NCBI RefSeq assembly: GCF_002113885.1
Contig: NW_018404308.1
Coordinates: 610,961 to 674,960, forward strand
Length of the DNA stretch: 64,000 nucleotides
Direction: 5' to 3'
Source: Mizuhopecten yessoensis
Lineage: Eukaryota
Shown here: positions 1-13,500 of the stretch, piece by piece
Position numbering within the stretch: position 1 is the first letter of the stretch
Layout: each line of letters begins with the position of its first letter
Notes under the pieces: generated by a model
Databases searched by the model: none
What the model was told of the DNA's origin: nothing
The model's input: only the letters and a program-made list of their open reading frames with translations
Translations under genes and position numbers: made by a program

Positions 1-62
1 GCCAGTGTCGTGACAGATCCAGGATCGTTTTTCGGACATTAATTATTTTAAAGTTAGTGCAG

Positions 63-1266
63 GTTTTTTTTGTTATTTTTGTTATTTTTTTTCAAATTTC
101 TAACAATGCAAATATATCATACATAAACATTATTCCTGTCACACATTGCAATTCATTCATTAAATATTCATTTATAATAAAACTGCATATTTCCAGGTAT
201 AATTAATAATTAATTATGTTTATGTATAATTAAATTCCATCTAAATTGTGTCCGTTATATAAAAGCATTGTTTAGAAGTGATAGAAAAGAGGTTAGAGCA
301 GGTCCTAGAGGTATAGAAGGGAAAGTAAGACTAAGAGAGAGAGAGAAAAAAAGAAGAAAGAAAAGAAAAAAGAAAAAAGAGAAAAAAAAAACGAGGGGGG
401 GGGGATATTGAGAAATAAAGAAGCTATATAGATGTGTTGGAAGGTTCAAGGAGTTTTACATATAAGTATTTAGAAGTACATGTTTATATAAGAAAACTCG
501 ATAGTTATATGTTCATATTTTGGCAAAGACAGGGTTTAAGCAATATTAATTAGACTTTCCCATTTTTTCCACTCAGTATTGAATTTCAATAAGAATAATT
601 CACTTTTATTAACAGCAATATATCTCTGAGTAAAATATGTGTCCTTGATAACGTTCTTAACTGCAGCTACTGACAATGACATCTGTAACATCTCGATTTA
701 TAAATATATTGTTTTATAAGTAAAATTATGGTATTATCTACCCTACTACTGATACTATTTTGATTAAATAAATCGAAAATGAAGGTTTCCTTGTTAAAAC
801 CAAATGGGATTAACAATGCATCATAAAAAAGTCTTGTACTTTCTCACATTCCCATAGTGTGTGAATTATTGTCGCTATTTCAGTCTTACATTGAAAACAA
901 AGAGCACTATCGGTAAGAGCTGCTTTAACTAGATAAGAGTTTGTTGTTAAATGTGTTGATTTATTCTGTATTGAAGCCATTGTAATTTTGAATTTCTAGT
1001 TACTGTAAAAGGAAGCATATATATCAATTTCCATGTGTCATCATCAAATTCAAACAATTCAATCCATTTGTTTTTCCCAGTGGATATGGTACTATTTTGG
1101 CACAACAACTTATAAAAATCTTGAGTTCCTTTTTTATGCATCATAAATATTTTTAAATTTAAGGGTATGTATGGATAACTAATCAAAGTATTTAAAGTAT
1201 CATCATTGGACATGTAGTTTTTTTATAGTATTAATAATACCTTGATATGTGAGAAAGTTAGTTTTT
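63..1266 (-). mobile_element. 5'-truncated L1/Tx1-like LINE (3' end of ORF2 with zf-RVT-like region, 3' UTR, A-rich tail)
   Basis: W..IY..PF......KLQWLQYRI...I, then C..C......H..WEC with stops; T-rich tail at 63-92 on +; flanked by 50-bp direct repeats 13-62 and 1267-1316. Confidence 0.85.
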
Positions 1267-1416
1267 ACAGATCCAGGATCGTTTTTCGGACATTAATTAT
1301 TTTAAAGTTAGTGCAGAGTAAACAAAACTAACAACAATTGTTATCGGTTGTACCCAACAGAAAAGATACGAACTAGATCCAAAGGGAGATAACTTTGACT
1401 ATTTCAACCCACTTAC

Positions 1417-1556
1417 CGGTTTTCATGATATGGCTCCGGCAGTTTAAACGGGTCTCCATCTATATTAATGCCGAGATTCTCTTTAAGTGGGCTGTCCTCT
1501 TTTACTTTCATAATATAACCAGCTGCCTGATAGCACTCAAGGTAGTCTCCTTGTAA
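1417..1556 (-). CDS. CERK-like A exon (LQGDYLECYQ...GINIDGDPF...)
   Basis: C5 DG[D/E] motif; ttttaacag/gtaagt. Confidence 0.88.
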
Positions 1557-4500
1557 CTGTTAAAACACAAAGAAATATAATGTTATCCTATACGGGTATG
1601 AGGGTAGTCATGTGCAATACAATCATTATACATTATTCTAAAATTGATATCTGCAGTAATGTATCCCAGATAAACCCCGTTACGTTTAAATCATCGGGAC
1701 TATGAAAGATCCAGAGTTAGATACACCACGTACATGTATAAACTCTACCGAGCTACACAAGCTCAAAATACATAGAAACCATAAAACCTTTACGAGGTAC
1801 CGAGAACACAGATTAACTCCCAACATTCTTGAGTTCATGCACATAGAGCAGAGCATAGTGTTTTCCCGATGTTCCCGTGTTACGCTACATAGAATACCAT
1901 CCCAAAATTGAAGTTATGACGTCGAATTACACAAGAAAACATAGAAAATCCATAGAATACATAGAAACACTCCCAAGGTGCCCGAGTTACTACTTAACGA
2001 CTGTTACCCACTGCTACGATATCAGTGTTAAATGTATAGAAATAAATCCTGATATCAAGATTGACCCGATCATATAGGAAATATATAGGAATTGGAACAT
2101 AACAATGTCAGAAAATCTTAGCTCAACTATCACATATAAGATTTAGGTAATGGATTTGTGCGCCCGTTTGCAGCCTTAAAAACCCTAGAACTAACTTAAA
2201 GCTTCATAGGTCTTGAAGTAATTATTTTTTTGTCACTTAGTAATGACTGGCCTTTTATTACCAGATAATCATTGTTAATATATTAATTACACAGAAGTCG
2301 CTTTTTGACCTTTGTGTAAAGCAATGTTGATTGTCCTTGTACAAGTCAGTGCAAACCAAAGGAGGATTATCTGCGAACAAATAAGGAGAACGGATGGACG
2401 ACTGAAAATAATATTCTGACAAAATAATTATTAATTCAGTTTTCATTCTAATAAAAATGTCTACCCCAACGCATGGTCTCTTCATAAAACGTATCTAATT
2501 CCGTTAAGTAACTTTGGCGAGTATACCTGTCTGTAGCTGTTACATTGTACCATTGTCACTTGTTTTGATGTTGACATTTGAGATTAATGTTTATAAAGAA
2601 CCATCTTCCTATCATTCCTATCTCTAATTCATAAGATGTTTATGGATTCACAGGTTTATTTCTGGACAAGCACGGTTGATTGGTGACAGCAAAATGCGTT
2701 TTAGATGTTAAGATGTGAACCTTGTGTGTGTATGGGACACTCCACCTGTAAACATGATCACAAATTGCTACTTTGATCGCAAGTGTGATGTCACAACTTG
2801 ATTTGTTTTATGCAACAACAATAAAACAAATGTAAATAATATAAACAGTTGCCTTTTAAGCCAAGTAATGAGAAGTTAAAAGACTCACCGCCTCCTTTTT
2901 GGCCTTAAACAATTTCACAACATGCCATAGGAATTGATATCTGGTGCATGCCTTTTTGTACAGGATGAATGTCTGGAAAGGTCCTCTGTTCGGCCATATC
3001 TGGGGTTTACCGTGGACATCTTTTATATTCCAACACAGCACCATGGTATTGAAAATGTCTCCCTCAAACTTTTCTGTAATGGATTGTTGTTTGCTTTGTA
3101 TTTTACGTATTATCAAACATACTATACTTGCATCAGGATTTTTAAATACAAATATAAGCCAACAAAGACCAAACATTCATACAATTGATGATTTCAGTCA
3201 TGTAGCCCCCAAAGTAGTACCGTATAACATGAAATGTTCGTTGTATATAAATATTCGTTGTTTTCGTGGTTGCTATTGAACCACGAATATAAATACAGCT
3301 AATTTGAATGATACACGTATCTAATGTTTGTTAATATAGGATATCAACCAAAGTCTGTATCACGAAACGATCTTAAAGGCTTTCAAACCACGAAGGAAAA
3401 TATCCACGAATATTTCGTGTTATACAGTATCTAATAACCTGTTTTAACTGAATCGTAGCATTATATCGTCAATATAAAAAGAGCAATATGACTGCCACAG
3501 ATGTATACCAAATCAAAGTGACTCTTCAGATAATATGTATCCCTATGCCTTACATGATTCTACTTCTACGGGAAATATTCAAAATGACACAGTAATGAGG
3601 CTTTTAAACGCTTTAACATTAGGAGGCGTGGTAGTCTAGCGGTACATTATAGGACGCCGGGCTCGTGACCGAAGGATTGCGGGTTCGAGTCACGGCACGG
3701 CTCTGTGTTGTATCTTTGAGCAAGATACTTTACACCGCTTGTTCCAGTCTACTCAGCTGTACATGAGTACGTGGTTGGGCAGTGCTAGAACTGTGGAATG
3801 CTAGCTGTGAGCGCCGAAATGGCAGCACCGGCTTTATGCTCCCCGGAGAGTTGAGAAAAATATTGGCTGGTTGCAAAGGCCCTAAAACCACGGATAATAA
3901 TTTGTGAACCGCTTTGAGACGATCTACTACTAGGTTGTGATAAAGCGGTATATGAGAACCTGGAATTATTATTATTATTATTATAACTCTTTTTTTCTGA
4001 TCACCATACGATTTATGTGTTGGGTTACTGAGCAAAACTGCATAAGGAGACTCCACCCTCGAGTTATACGGATATCTTGTATTTTCTCGTTTTCATTTCG
4101 TGTTGTATATCAGGCATTTCACAGCGGTAATGTAAACCATAATTAACACTGGAGTACATGTGCTATCACAACACGATGTCAAGACGTTACTTGGAAATAT
4201 GTATGTAAAGACCCTAGGAAAGTTGTTTCACGCAATCTTGCGAAACAGGACATATACTGAGTCCTGGGAAGATAATGACACACGAGAAAATCACTCCCAG
4301 AAGATGATGTATGAAGCGGATGTGGACATTTGTTTTTTTGGGTACCATCATCACGAGGCCGTAATAAGATATCTGCAACACGCCAAACACGTAACACTTA
4401 ATCAGGTATACTGTAAATCACGTTAATATATATATGATTGACTGCGAAATTACTGTACTGTAAAACATCGAGATCCCAGTGGAAATGCATGGCTAAAGGC

Positions 4501-7500
4501 GCACGTGTGAACAGCAAACATTGAGGTATGAATAGTCTCACAGAACTTGTATTTTGTAACCTAGATGCTAGTGAAGTTGATGTGCCAATTTTGATAACAT
4601 ATTTTAATACTGACATAATATTAGTTGAATTTCAACCTTTTTAGGTAAGTATGTGAAGTGAGATAACTCTAAATATGAAGGTTCCATATATTCAATGAGC
4701 ATCACTCTCATAAGAACGAATTGTTTTTGAAATACATAAAATGAGACAAAAAGAAATGTGTACAATTCCACTTTTGTACTTGTTTGCATAACTAGATACT
4801 TATCATTATATTTATCCAGTGTAATGTGTTGTTGATATTTTTGATGAATGAAATTTGGTTAATTGACATTTTTCCCCCCTTTTCTAACTAAGTGTTATTA
4901 TAGTTCTAAATATTGTCATATATCCCAACTAAATGGTAAAAAAGGAAAATGGGCGAAAAGTCATTTTTTTCGTTTTTTCTCTGGATTCATCGGAAGGCTA
5001 AGATTTTTATAAAATCATAAACACAATGTGCATAACCATTATGTTAGGATTCAACGGGTTCTGCCAGTAGATTGCGATAGGATAGACTATTATTTCACTA
5101 AAGAAGAAGAGGAACACCCGTTTCTAATGCTGTGAGTATTTCTGAAATAAAGTAAATAATGTGGATTACCTTCCCTTTTGGTGTAGGTAATTTCTTCTTT
5201 GTCGCCTTCCGTCATTGGCTTTTTCTTCCTGGAAATAAATTCATGACGTATCTATATCAGTTTCTCTCTACTGGAAGATCAGACAACCAAAAGTATACAT
5301 AATTTATTTAGCCTACTATTTATCTGGATGCCTAATTGATCAATTCTTATAATGATCTGGTTACACTGTTACATCATTTAACTTGATCAATCTTAATAAT
5401 GATCTCGTTACACTGTAACATCATTTAACTTGATCAATCCTAATAATGATCTGGTTACACTGTTACATCATTTAGCTTGATCAATCTTAATAATGATCTC
5501 GTTGCACTGTAACATCATTTAACTTGATCAATCCTAATAATGATCTCGTTACACTCTTACATCATTTAACCTTATCAATCCTAACAATGATCTGGTAACA
5601 CTGTAAAATCATTTAACTTGATCAATCCTAATAATGATCTCGTTACACTCTTACATCATTTAACTTTATCAATCCTAACAATGATCTGGTAACACTGTAA
5701 CATCATTTAACTTGATCAATCCTAATAATGATCTGGTTACACTGTTACATCATTTAACTTGATCAATCCTAATAATGATCTGGTTACACTGTTACATCAT
5801 TTAACTTGATCAATCCTAATAATGATCTGATTACACTGTAACATCATTTAACTTGATCAATCCTTATAATAATCTGGTTACACTGTTACATCATTTAACT
5901 TGATCAATCCTAATAATGACCTGATTACACTGTAACATCATTTAACTTGATCAATCCTTATAATAATCTGTTTACACTGTTACATCATTTAACTTGATCA
6001 ATCTTAATAATAATCTGGTTACACTGTTACATCATTTAACTTGATCAGTCCTAATAATGATCTGGTTACACTGTTACATCATTTAACTTGATCAATCCTC
6101 ATAATGATCTCGTTACACTGTTACATCATTTAACTTTATCAATCCTAATAATGATCTCGTTACACTGTTACATCATTTAACTTGATCAATCCTAATAATG
6201 ATCTCGTTACACTGTTACATCATTTAACTTGATCAATCCTAATAATGGTCTGGTTACACTGTTACATCATTTAACTTGATCAGTCCTAATAATGATCTGG
6301 TTACACTGTTACATCATTTAACTTGATCAATCCTAATAATGATCTGGATACACTGTTTCATCCGTTAACTTGATCAATCCTAATAATGATATGGTTACAC
6401 TGTTACATCATTTAACTTGATGAATCCTAATAATGATCTGGTTACACTGTTACATCATTTAACTTGATCAATCCTAATAATGATATGGTTACACTGTTAC
6501 ATCACTTAACTTGATGAATCCTAATAATGATCTGGTTACACTGCTACATCATTTAACTTGATCAATCCTAATAATGATATGGTTGCACTGTTACATCATT
6601 TAACTTGATCAAGCCTAATAATGATCTGGTTACACTGCTACATCATTTAACTTGATCAATCCTGACAATGATCTGGTTACACTGTTACATCATTTAACTT
6701 CATCAATCCTAATAATGATCTGGTTACACTGTTACATCATTTAACTTGTATACAAATAAACATAAGACACGGGATTGCACTATCAAGGTTTTTAATAGGA
6801 AAGTTTCACTATAATGAATGACACTACACCATAACATGTTGTCCTTCTAGGACTCAACGGTGATGTCAGGGGCCGAAAGGGGGCAATCCCAATATATCTA
6901 AGCCCCTCTTTACTATGAATACGAATGGTCGATGCTGGTGTCTTATTCCCAGAAGTATATTTGTTTAATTTTTTTTTTATTTAATACGTATTTAATTTCT
7001 TCACAAGCATTCTTAATAACATTTTCGTCGTTCTTAACGGATATTTTAAAACGTAGAGAATTGTATGCATAATAAATGCTAAGTTTGCTTTTACGAAATG
7101 TGTCTTCTTTTTTTTCTTTTCTTTTTTTACTGACGCGACAAATTGAAGATTTTTGAGTTGCTTCCGGAGGTCTAGAGTCGAGACACAGGTCAATCGCACT
7201 CTTTACTTGAAAACACTGTTCGTGTTCAAAACAAGCTTAGCCTACATCATTCTTATCAAAATGTTGAAGCTAATTTCGAGCATTTTATGCAGCTTTGAGA
7301 AAACACTTTCCCAAAAATAATCTACATCAAATGCGACCCACTTGTACAATGTAGCATTGTTATATGTTATGTATATGTATGTAAGAGCAACCCTACCTTG
7401 TGTCGAGGGTTATTTCAGTTGTAAAGTTCCGAAATCCGCTAAAAAGCATCTGAATAGGTACCCCTATAACAATAGAAAGCATCTGATGTAGTCATTGTAG

Positions 7501-10500
7501 TACGAACCCTGGTACCCAAGAAACTCGTATATATATATATTATATATATATGTATGAAGGTGACAAACATTTCATTTACAGATCATGGTGCACCATTCAA
7601 TCACAATGCTCGGTGGCCATCTTGGATTTTATTAAATACTCCAAAATGGTAATCATACAGTGGTCTCCACCATGTTACTCACAGAGCAGTCTGAACATGC
7701 CCATCCACCTCAGCTGGTCTCTCCTGTCCATCATATCAGCGATGAAGCCGCTACTGACGCCCACCAGACTGTATCGGATCAGTTTTCCTCCACTGTATAC
7801 TCCACTGGCTCCAATAGGGCGAGTGTTCCCTAGATATTCATAAATATCAACATGACATCCCAAACTGTGAGATAATAACTTCGATTGATATGGAATGACA
7901 TCTCGAAATCAAAGGGTTCCGCATTCACATATTTTCTCTGCACATTTGGATTAGCCATTCGATTGGTTTCAGTAATAAAACTGGGTAATTGCTAGGCCGA
8001 AACATTTCCTTTGAAGATTACAGAGAAGCTACACCAAATTCAAAGGCGATCACTATTACCGTTTTGCTGCCGCGCAATCCATTGATCTTGTATTGAAGAA
8101 AGCAAAAGGAGCAGACTTTCCAGACTAGTCAGCTCGTATCATGAACAAGTTTAGTCGAATTTTTCAAGATATATCCCAGGATGTAGAGAACATATGAATA
8201 TCGAGAACGGTATCCTATATTTTGAAGTGCATTTTACCAAGAAGTACAGAAAAGTTACATAGGTTCCTATGGAATGAGTGTCGTCTAAAAACAAAAAAAT
8301 GTAAAATGTATAGAGTAAGTAGAAAAAAACACTCAAGATTAAACGTACTTTCAAAGAGAGTGTATATTTACTTTCAGTAACACACGACTCTGTACGTTTA
8401 CCTGTAACACTTTGCATTACTTACCTTTGATTATACTCAGTGTTGCTGTAACAATGTCCACGCAACCATTGCAGCAATATGACATCACATTGGCAGTACC
8501 TTTATAGTAAAAACCATAGACTGTATATACACAGTACGACATCATAGTGACAGTATCTTTATAGTAAAAACAATAGACCGTATATACACAGTACGACATC
8601 ATAGTGACAGTACCTTTATAGTAAAAACAATAGACCGTATATACACAGTACGACATCATAGTGACAGTACCTTTATAGTAAAAACCATAGACTGTATATA
8701 CATAGTACGACATCATAGTGACAGTACCTTTATAGTTAAAACCATAGACCGTATATACACAGTACGACATCACAGTGACAGTACCTTTATAGTAAAAACC
8801 ATAGACCGTATATACAGAGTACGACATCACAGTGACAGTACCTTTATAGTAAAAACCATAGACCGTATATACAGAGTACGACATCACAGTGACAGTACCT
8901 TTATAGTAAAAACCATAGACCGTATATACAGAGTACGACATCATAGTGACAGTACCTTTATAGTAAAAACCATAGACCGTATATACACAGTACGACATCA
9001 TAGTGACAGTACCTTTATAGTAAAAACCATAGACCGTATATACACAGTACGACATCATAGTGACAGTACCTTTATAGTAAAAACCATAGACCGTATATAC
9101 ACAGTACGACATCATAGTGACAGTACCTTTATAGTAAAAACCATAGACCGTATATACACAGTACGACATCATAGTGACAGTACCTTTATAGTAAAAACCA
9201 TAGACCGTATATACACAGTACGACATCATAGTGACAGTACCTTTATAGTAAAAACCATAGACCGTATATACACAGTACGACATCATAGTGACAGTACCTT
9301 TATAGTAAAAACCATAGACCGTATATACAGAGTACGACATCATAGTGACAGTACCTTTATAGTAAAAACCATTGACTGTATATACATAGTACGACATCAT
9401 AGTGACAGTACCTTTATAGTAAAAACCATAGACCGTATATACACAGTACGACATCATAGTGACAGTACCTTTATAGTAAAAACCATAGACCGTATATACA
9501 CAGTACGACATCATAGTGACAGTACCTTTATAGTAAAAACCATAGACCGTATATACACAGTACGACATCATAGTGACAGTACCTTTATAGTAAAAACCAT
9601 AGACCGTATATAAACAGTACGACATCATAGTGACAGTACCTTTATAGTAAAAAACATAGACCGTAAATACACAGTACGACATCATAGTGACAGTACCTTT
9701 ATAGTAAAAACCATAGACCGTATATACACAGTACGACATCACAGTGACAGTACCTTTATAGTAAAAATCATTGACCGTAAATACACAGTACGACATCATA
9801 GTGACAGTACCTTTATAGTAAAAACCATAGACCGTATATACAGATTACGACATCATAGTGACAGTACCTTTATAGTAAAACCCATAGACTGTATATACAC
9901 AGTACGACATCACAGTGACAGTACCTTTATAGTAAAAATCATTGACCGTAAATACACAGTACGACATCATAGTGACAGTACCTTTATAGTAAAAAACATA
10001 GACCGTAAATACACAGTACGACATCATAGTGACAGTGCCTTTATAGTAAAAACCATAGACCGTATATACACAGTACGACATCATAGTAACAGTACCTTTA
10101 TAGTAAAAACAATTGACTGTTTATACATAGTACGACATGATAGTGACAGTACCTTTATAGTAAAAACCATAGACCGTATATACATAGTACGACATCATAG
10201 TGACAGTACCTTTATAGTAAAAACCATAGACCGTATATACACAGTACGACATCATAGTGACAGTATCTTCAGAGTCACACAATCACATGTAGCATTCATT
10301 TAGAAAGCATAAAATTAATGTCGATATATTTAACAAGTAGCCTAGAGGACCTGTATCGCCCACCTGGAAACTTTAGCAAATTTGAAGTTGAAATAGCCAG
10401 ATGTTGCTGGTAGTGTACATGTATTACATGGTTAGTCAGGGGTTATATGTATATGCAATTGGACAAAATCCTGTCATTCCTACAGGGGGGTCAGACCCAC

Positions 10501-13500
10501 GGTTGATACCAAATTTAGTCCCCTTCACCCAAGGATGCTTTAGACCAAATATGGACAAAATCCGGTCATTCCTACAGAAGAAAACGAGTTTTAAAGCTAT
10601 TTTTCTACTTTCCCTATTTGGCCCCGCCCCCATGGGGTTTAAACACACCATTTATACAATTGATTTCCCTTCCCATCTGATGCTACTGTTTAAATTTGGT
10701 TAGAATACCTTCATCCCTACGTAAGAAAAGGGATAATAAAGCTGTTCCTCTGTATCCCCTATAGGGCCCCGCCTCTCTGCCCCCAGAGGGGTCAGACCCA
10801 CCGTTTATACAAAATTAGGTCCCCTTCACAAAAGGATGCTTTAGACCAAATACGGACAAAATCCTGTCATTCCTACAGAAGAAGAAGAATTTTAAAGAAT
10901 TTGCTTAAATTACCCCATGGGCCTCACCCCTCAGGCCCCAATAGGCTCAGACCCACCAATTATACAAAATTGATTTCCCTTCCCCATGGAGGCCACACTC
11001 ACTGTTTATACAAAACTAAGTCCCTTTTGCCCAAAGATGCTCAAAACCAAATTTAGATGAAATCCCTTAATCCCTATGGTAAAAGAAGGATTTTAAAGGT
11101 TTACATCTATTTCTCATATACGCCCCCCCACTTCTCCCCTCCCCCCTGCCCCCAGGGGGCCACACCAACTTTAAATACAAAATTGAGTCCCCTTGGCCCA
11201 AGGATGCTCCAGATTAAATAAGGATAAAATCCCTTAGTCCCTACGGTAGAAGAAGGATTTTGACTGACGGACGGACGACGAACGCTGCGGTATTGCATAA
11301 GCTCACCATGGTCCTTCGGACCAAATCAAAATAACCTTAAAAAAATATACTTCAAAAATTCTCCGCTAGTAATTGGATAGAAACTTGAGTAAAATGTATA
11401 TGATGATAAGAAGTAAAATGTAGTTGTATGATTGTATACCTTATTATACAGGGAACACACTACAAACAAGTGATATCATTTTACCTGTAGGGATATGTCC
11501 AATCGGAATGGCAGTTGTTGGAACCTTGACTTTCGGGTCATTGAAGTCCAAGTCTGCAGCCACCATCGTTCTCCTCAGTAGAACATTAGTGACCTCAGAG
11601 AGAGTACCATCTCCTCCACAGACGACAATACTGCCAACAAAGAGAGGTTGTGAGGTATTACTGGTGTCTGACGCAGTGACAGTGAACACACACCGATGTC
11701 ATCTCACACACAGAGACTGTGTGACATAGTACTGGTGTCTGACGCAGTGACAGTGAAACAATAGACCGTATATACACAGTACTGTCACTATGATGTCGTA
11801 CTGTGTATATACGGTCTATGGTTTTTACTATAAAGGTGCTGTCACTATGATGTCGTACTGTGTATATACGGTCTATGGTTTTTACGGTGTCTGACGCAGT
11901 GACAGTGAACACACACCGATGTCATCTCACACACAGAGTCTGTGTGACATAGTTCTGGTGTCTGACGCAGTGAGAGTGAAACACATCGGTGTCATCTCAC
12001 ACACAGAGACTGTGTGACATAGTACTGGTATCTGACGCAGTGAGAGTGAAACACACCGATGTCATCTAGGTATTACTGGTGTCTGACGCAGTGACAGTGA
12101 ACACACACCGATGTCATCTCACACTCAGAGACTGTATGACATAGTACTGGTGTCTGAGGCAGTGACAGTGAAACACATCGGTGTCATCTCACACACAGAG
12201 ACTGTGTGACATAGTACTGGTATCTGACGCAGTGAGAGTGAAACACACCGATGTCATCTAGGTATTACTGGTGTCTGACGCAGTGACAGTGAAACCCACC
12301 GCTGTCATCTCACACACAGAGACTGTATGACGTAGTACTGGTGTCTGACGCAGTGACAGTGAAACCCACCGCTGTCATCTCACACACAGAGACTGTATGA
12401 CGTAGTACTGGTGTCTGACGCAGTGACAGTGAATCACACCGATGTCATCTCACACACAGAGTCTGTGTGACATAGTTCTGGTGTCTGACGCAGTGAGAGT
12501 GAAACACACCGATGTCATCTAGGTATTACTGGTGTCTGACGCAGTGACAGTGAAACAATAGACCGTATATACACAGTACTGTCACTATGATGTCGTACTG
12601 TGTATATACAGTCTATGGTTTTTACTATGAAGGTACTGTCACTATGATGTCGTACTATGTATATACAGTCTATGGTTTTTACTATGAAGGTACTGTCACT
12701 ATGATGTCGTACTATGTATATACAGTCTATGGTTTTTACTATAAAGGTACTGTCACTATGATGTCGTACTATGTATATACAGTCTATGGTTTTTACTATG
12801 AAGGTACTGTCACTATGATGTCGTACTATGTATATACAGTCTATGGTTTTTACTATGAAGGTACTGTCACTATGATGTCGTACTCTGTATATACGGTCTA
12901 TGGTTTTTACTATAAAGGTGCTGTCACTATGATGTCGTACTGTGTATATACGGTCTATGGTTTTTACGGTGTCTGACGCAGTGACAGTGAACACACACCG
13001 ATGTCATCTCACACTCAGAGACTGTATGACATAGTACTGGTGTCTGACGCAGTTGGAGTGAAACACATCGATGTCATCTCACACAAAGAGACTGTATGAC
13101 ATAGTACTGGTGTCTGACGCAGTGACAGTGAAACACATCGGTGTCATCTCACACACAGAGACTGTATGACATATTACTGGTGTCTGACGCAGTGAGAGTT
13201 AAACACACCGATGTCATCCCACACACAGAGACTGTATGACATAGTACGGGTGTCTGACGCAGTGACAGTGAAACACACCGATGGTGTGACATAGTACAGG
13301 TGTCTGACGCAGTGAGAGTTAAACACACCGATATCATCTCACACACAGAGACTGTGTGACATAGTACTGGTCTCTGACGCAGTGAGAGTTAAACACACCG
13401 CTGTCATCTCACACACAGAGACTGTATGACATAGTACTGGTGTCTGAGGCAGTGACAGTGAAACACATCGGTGTCATCTCACACACAGAGACTGTATGAC

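Noticed and set aside
3622-3700. tRNA gene
   Set aside because: A/B boxes continue into a SINE body and (TAT)n tail; no convincing cloverleaf or oligo-T terminator.
4160-4426. 88-aa ORF with TLGKLF..IL.NR
   Set aside because: Probably a highly decayed LINE RT scrap; too degraded to delimit.
8417-9799. 460-aa repetitive ORF as a stand-alone gene
   Set aside because: It is the intronic 57-bp array read into a 75-nt CERK-A exon, and it ends just past the splice donor.
12515-12994. 159-aa and 129-aa ORFs
   Set aside because: Translations of the inverted 57-bp satellite block.
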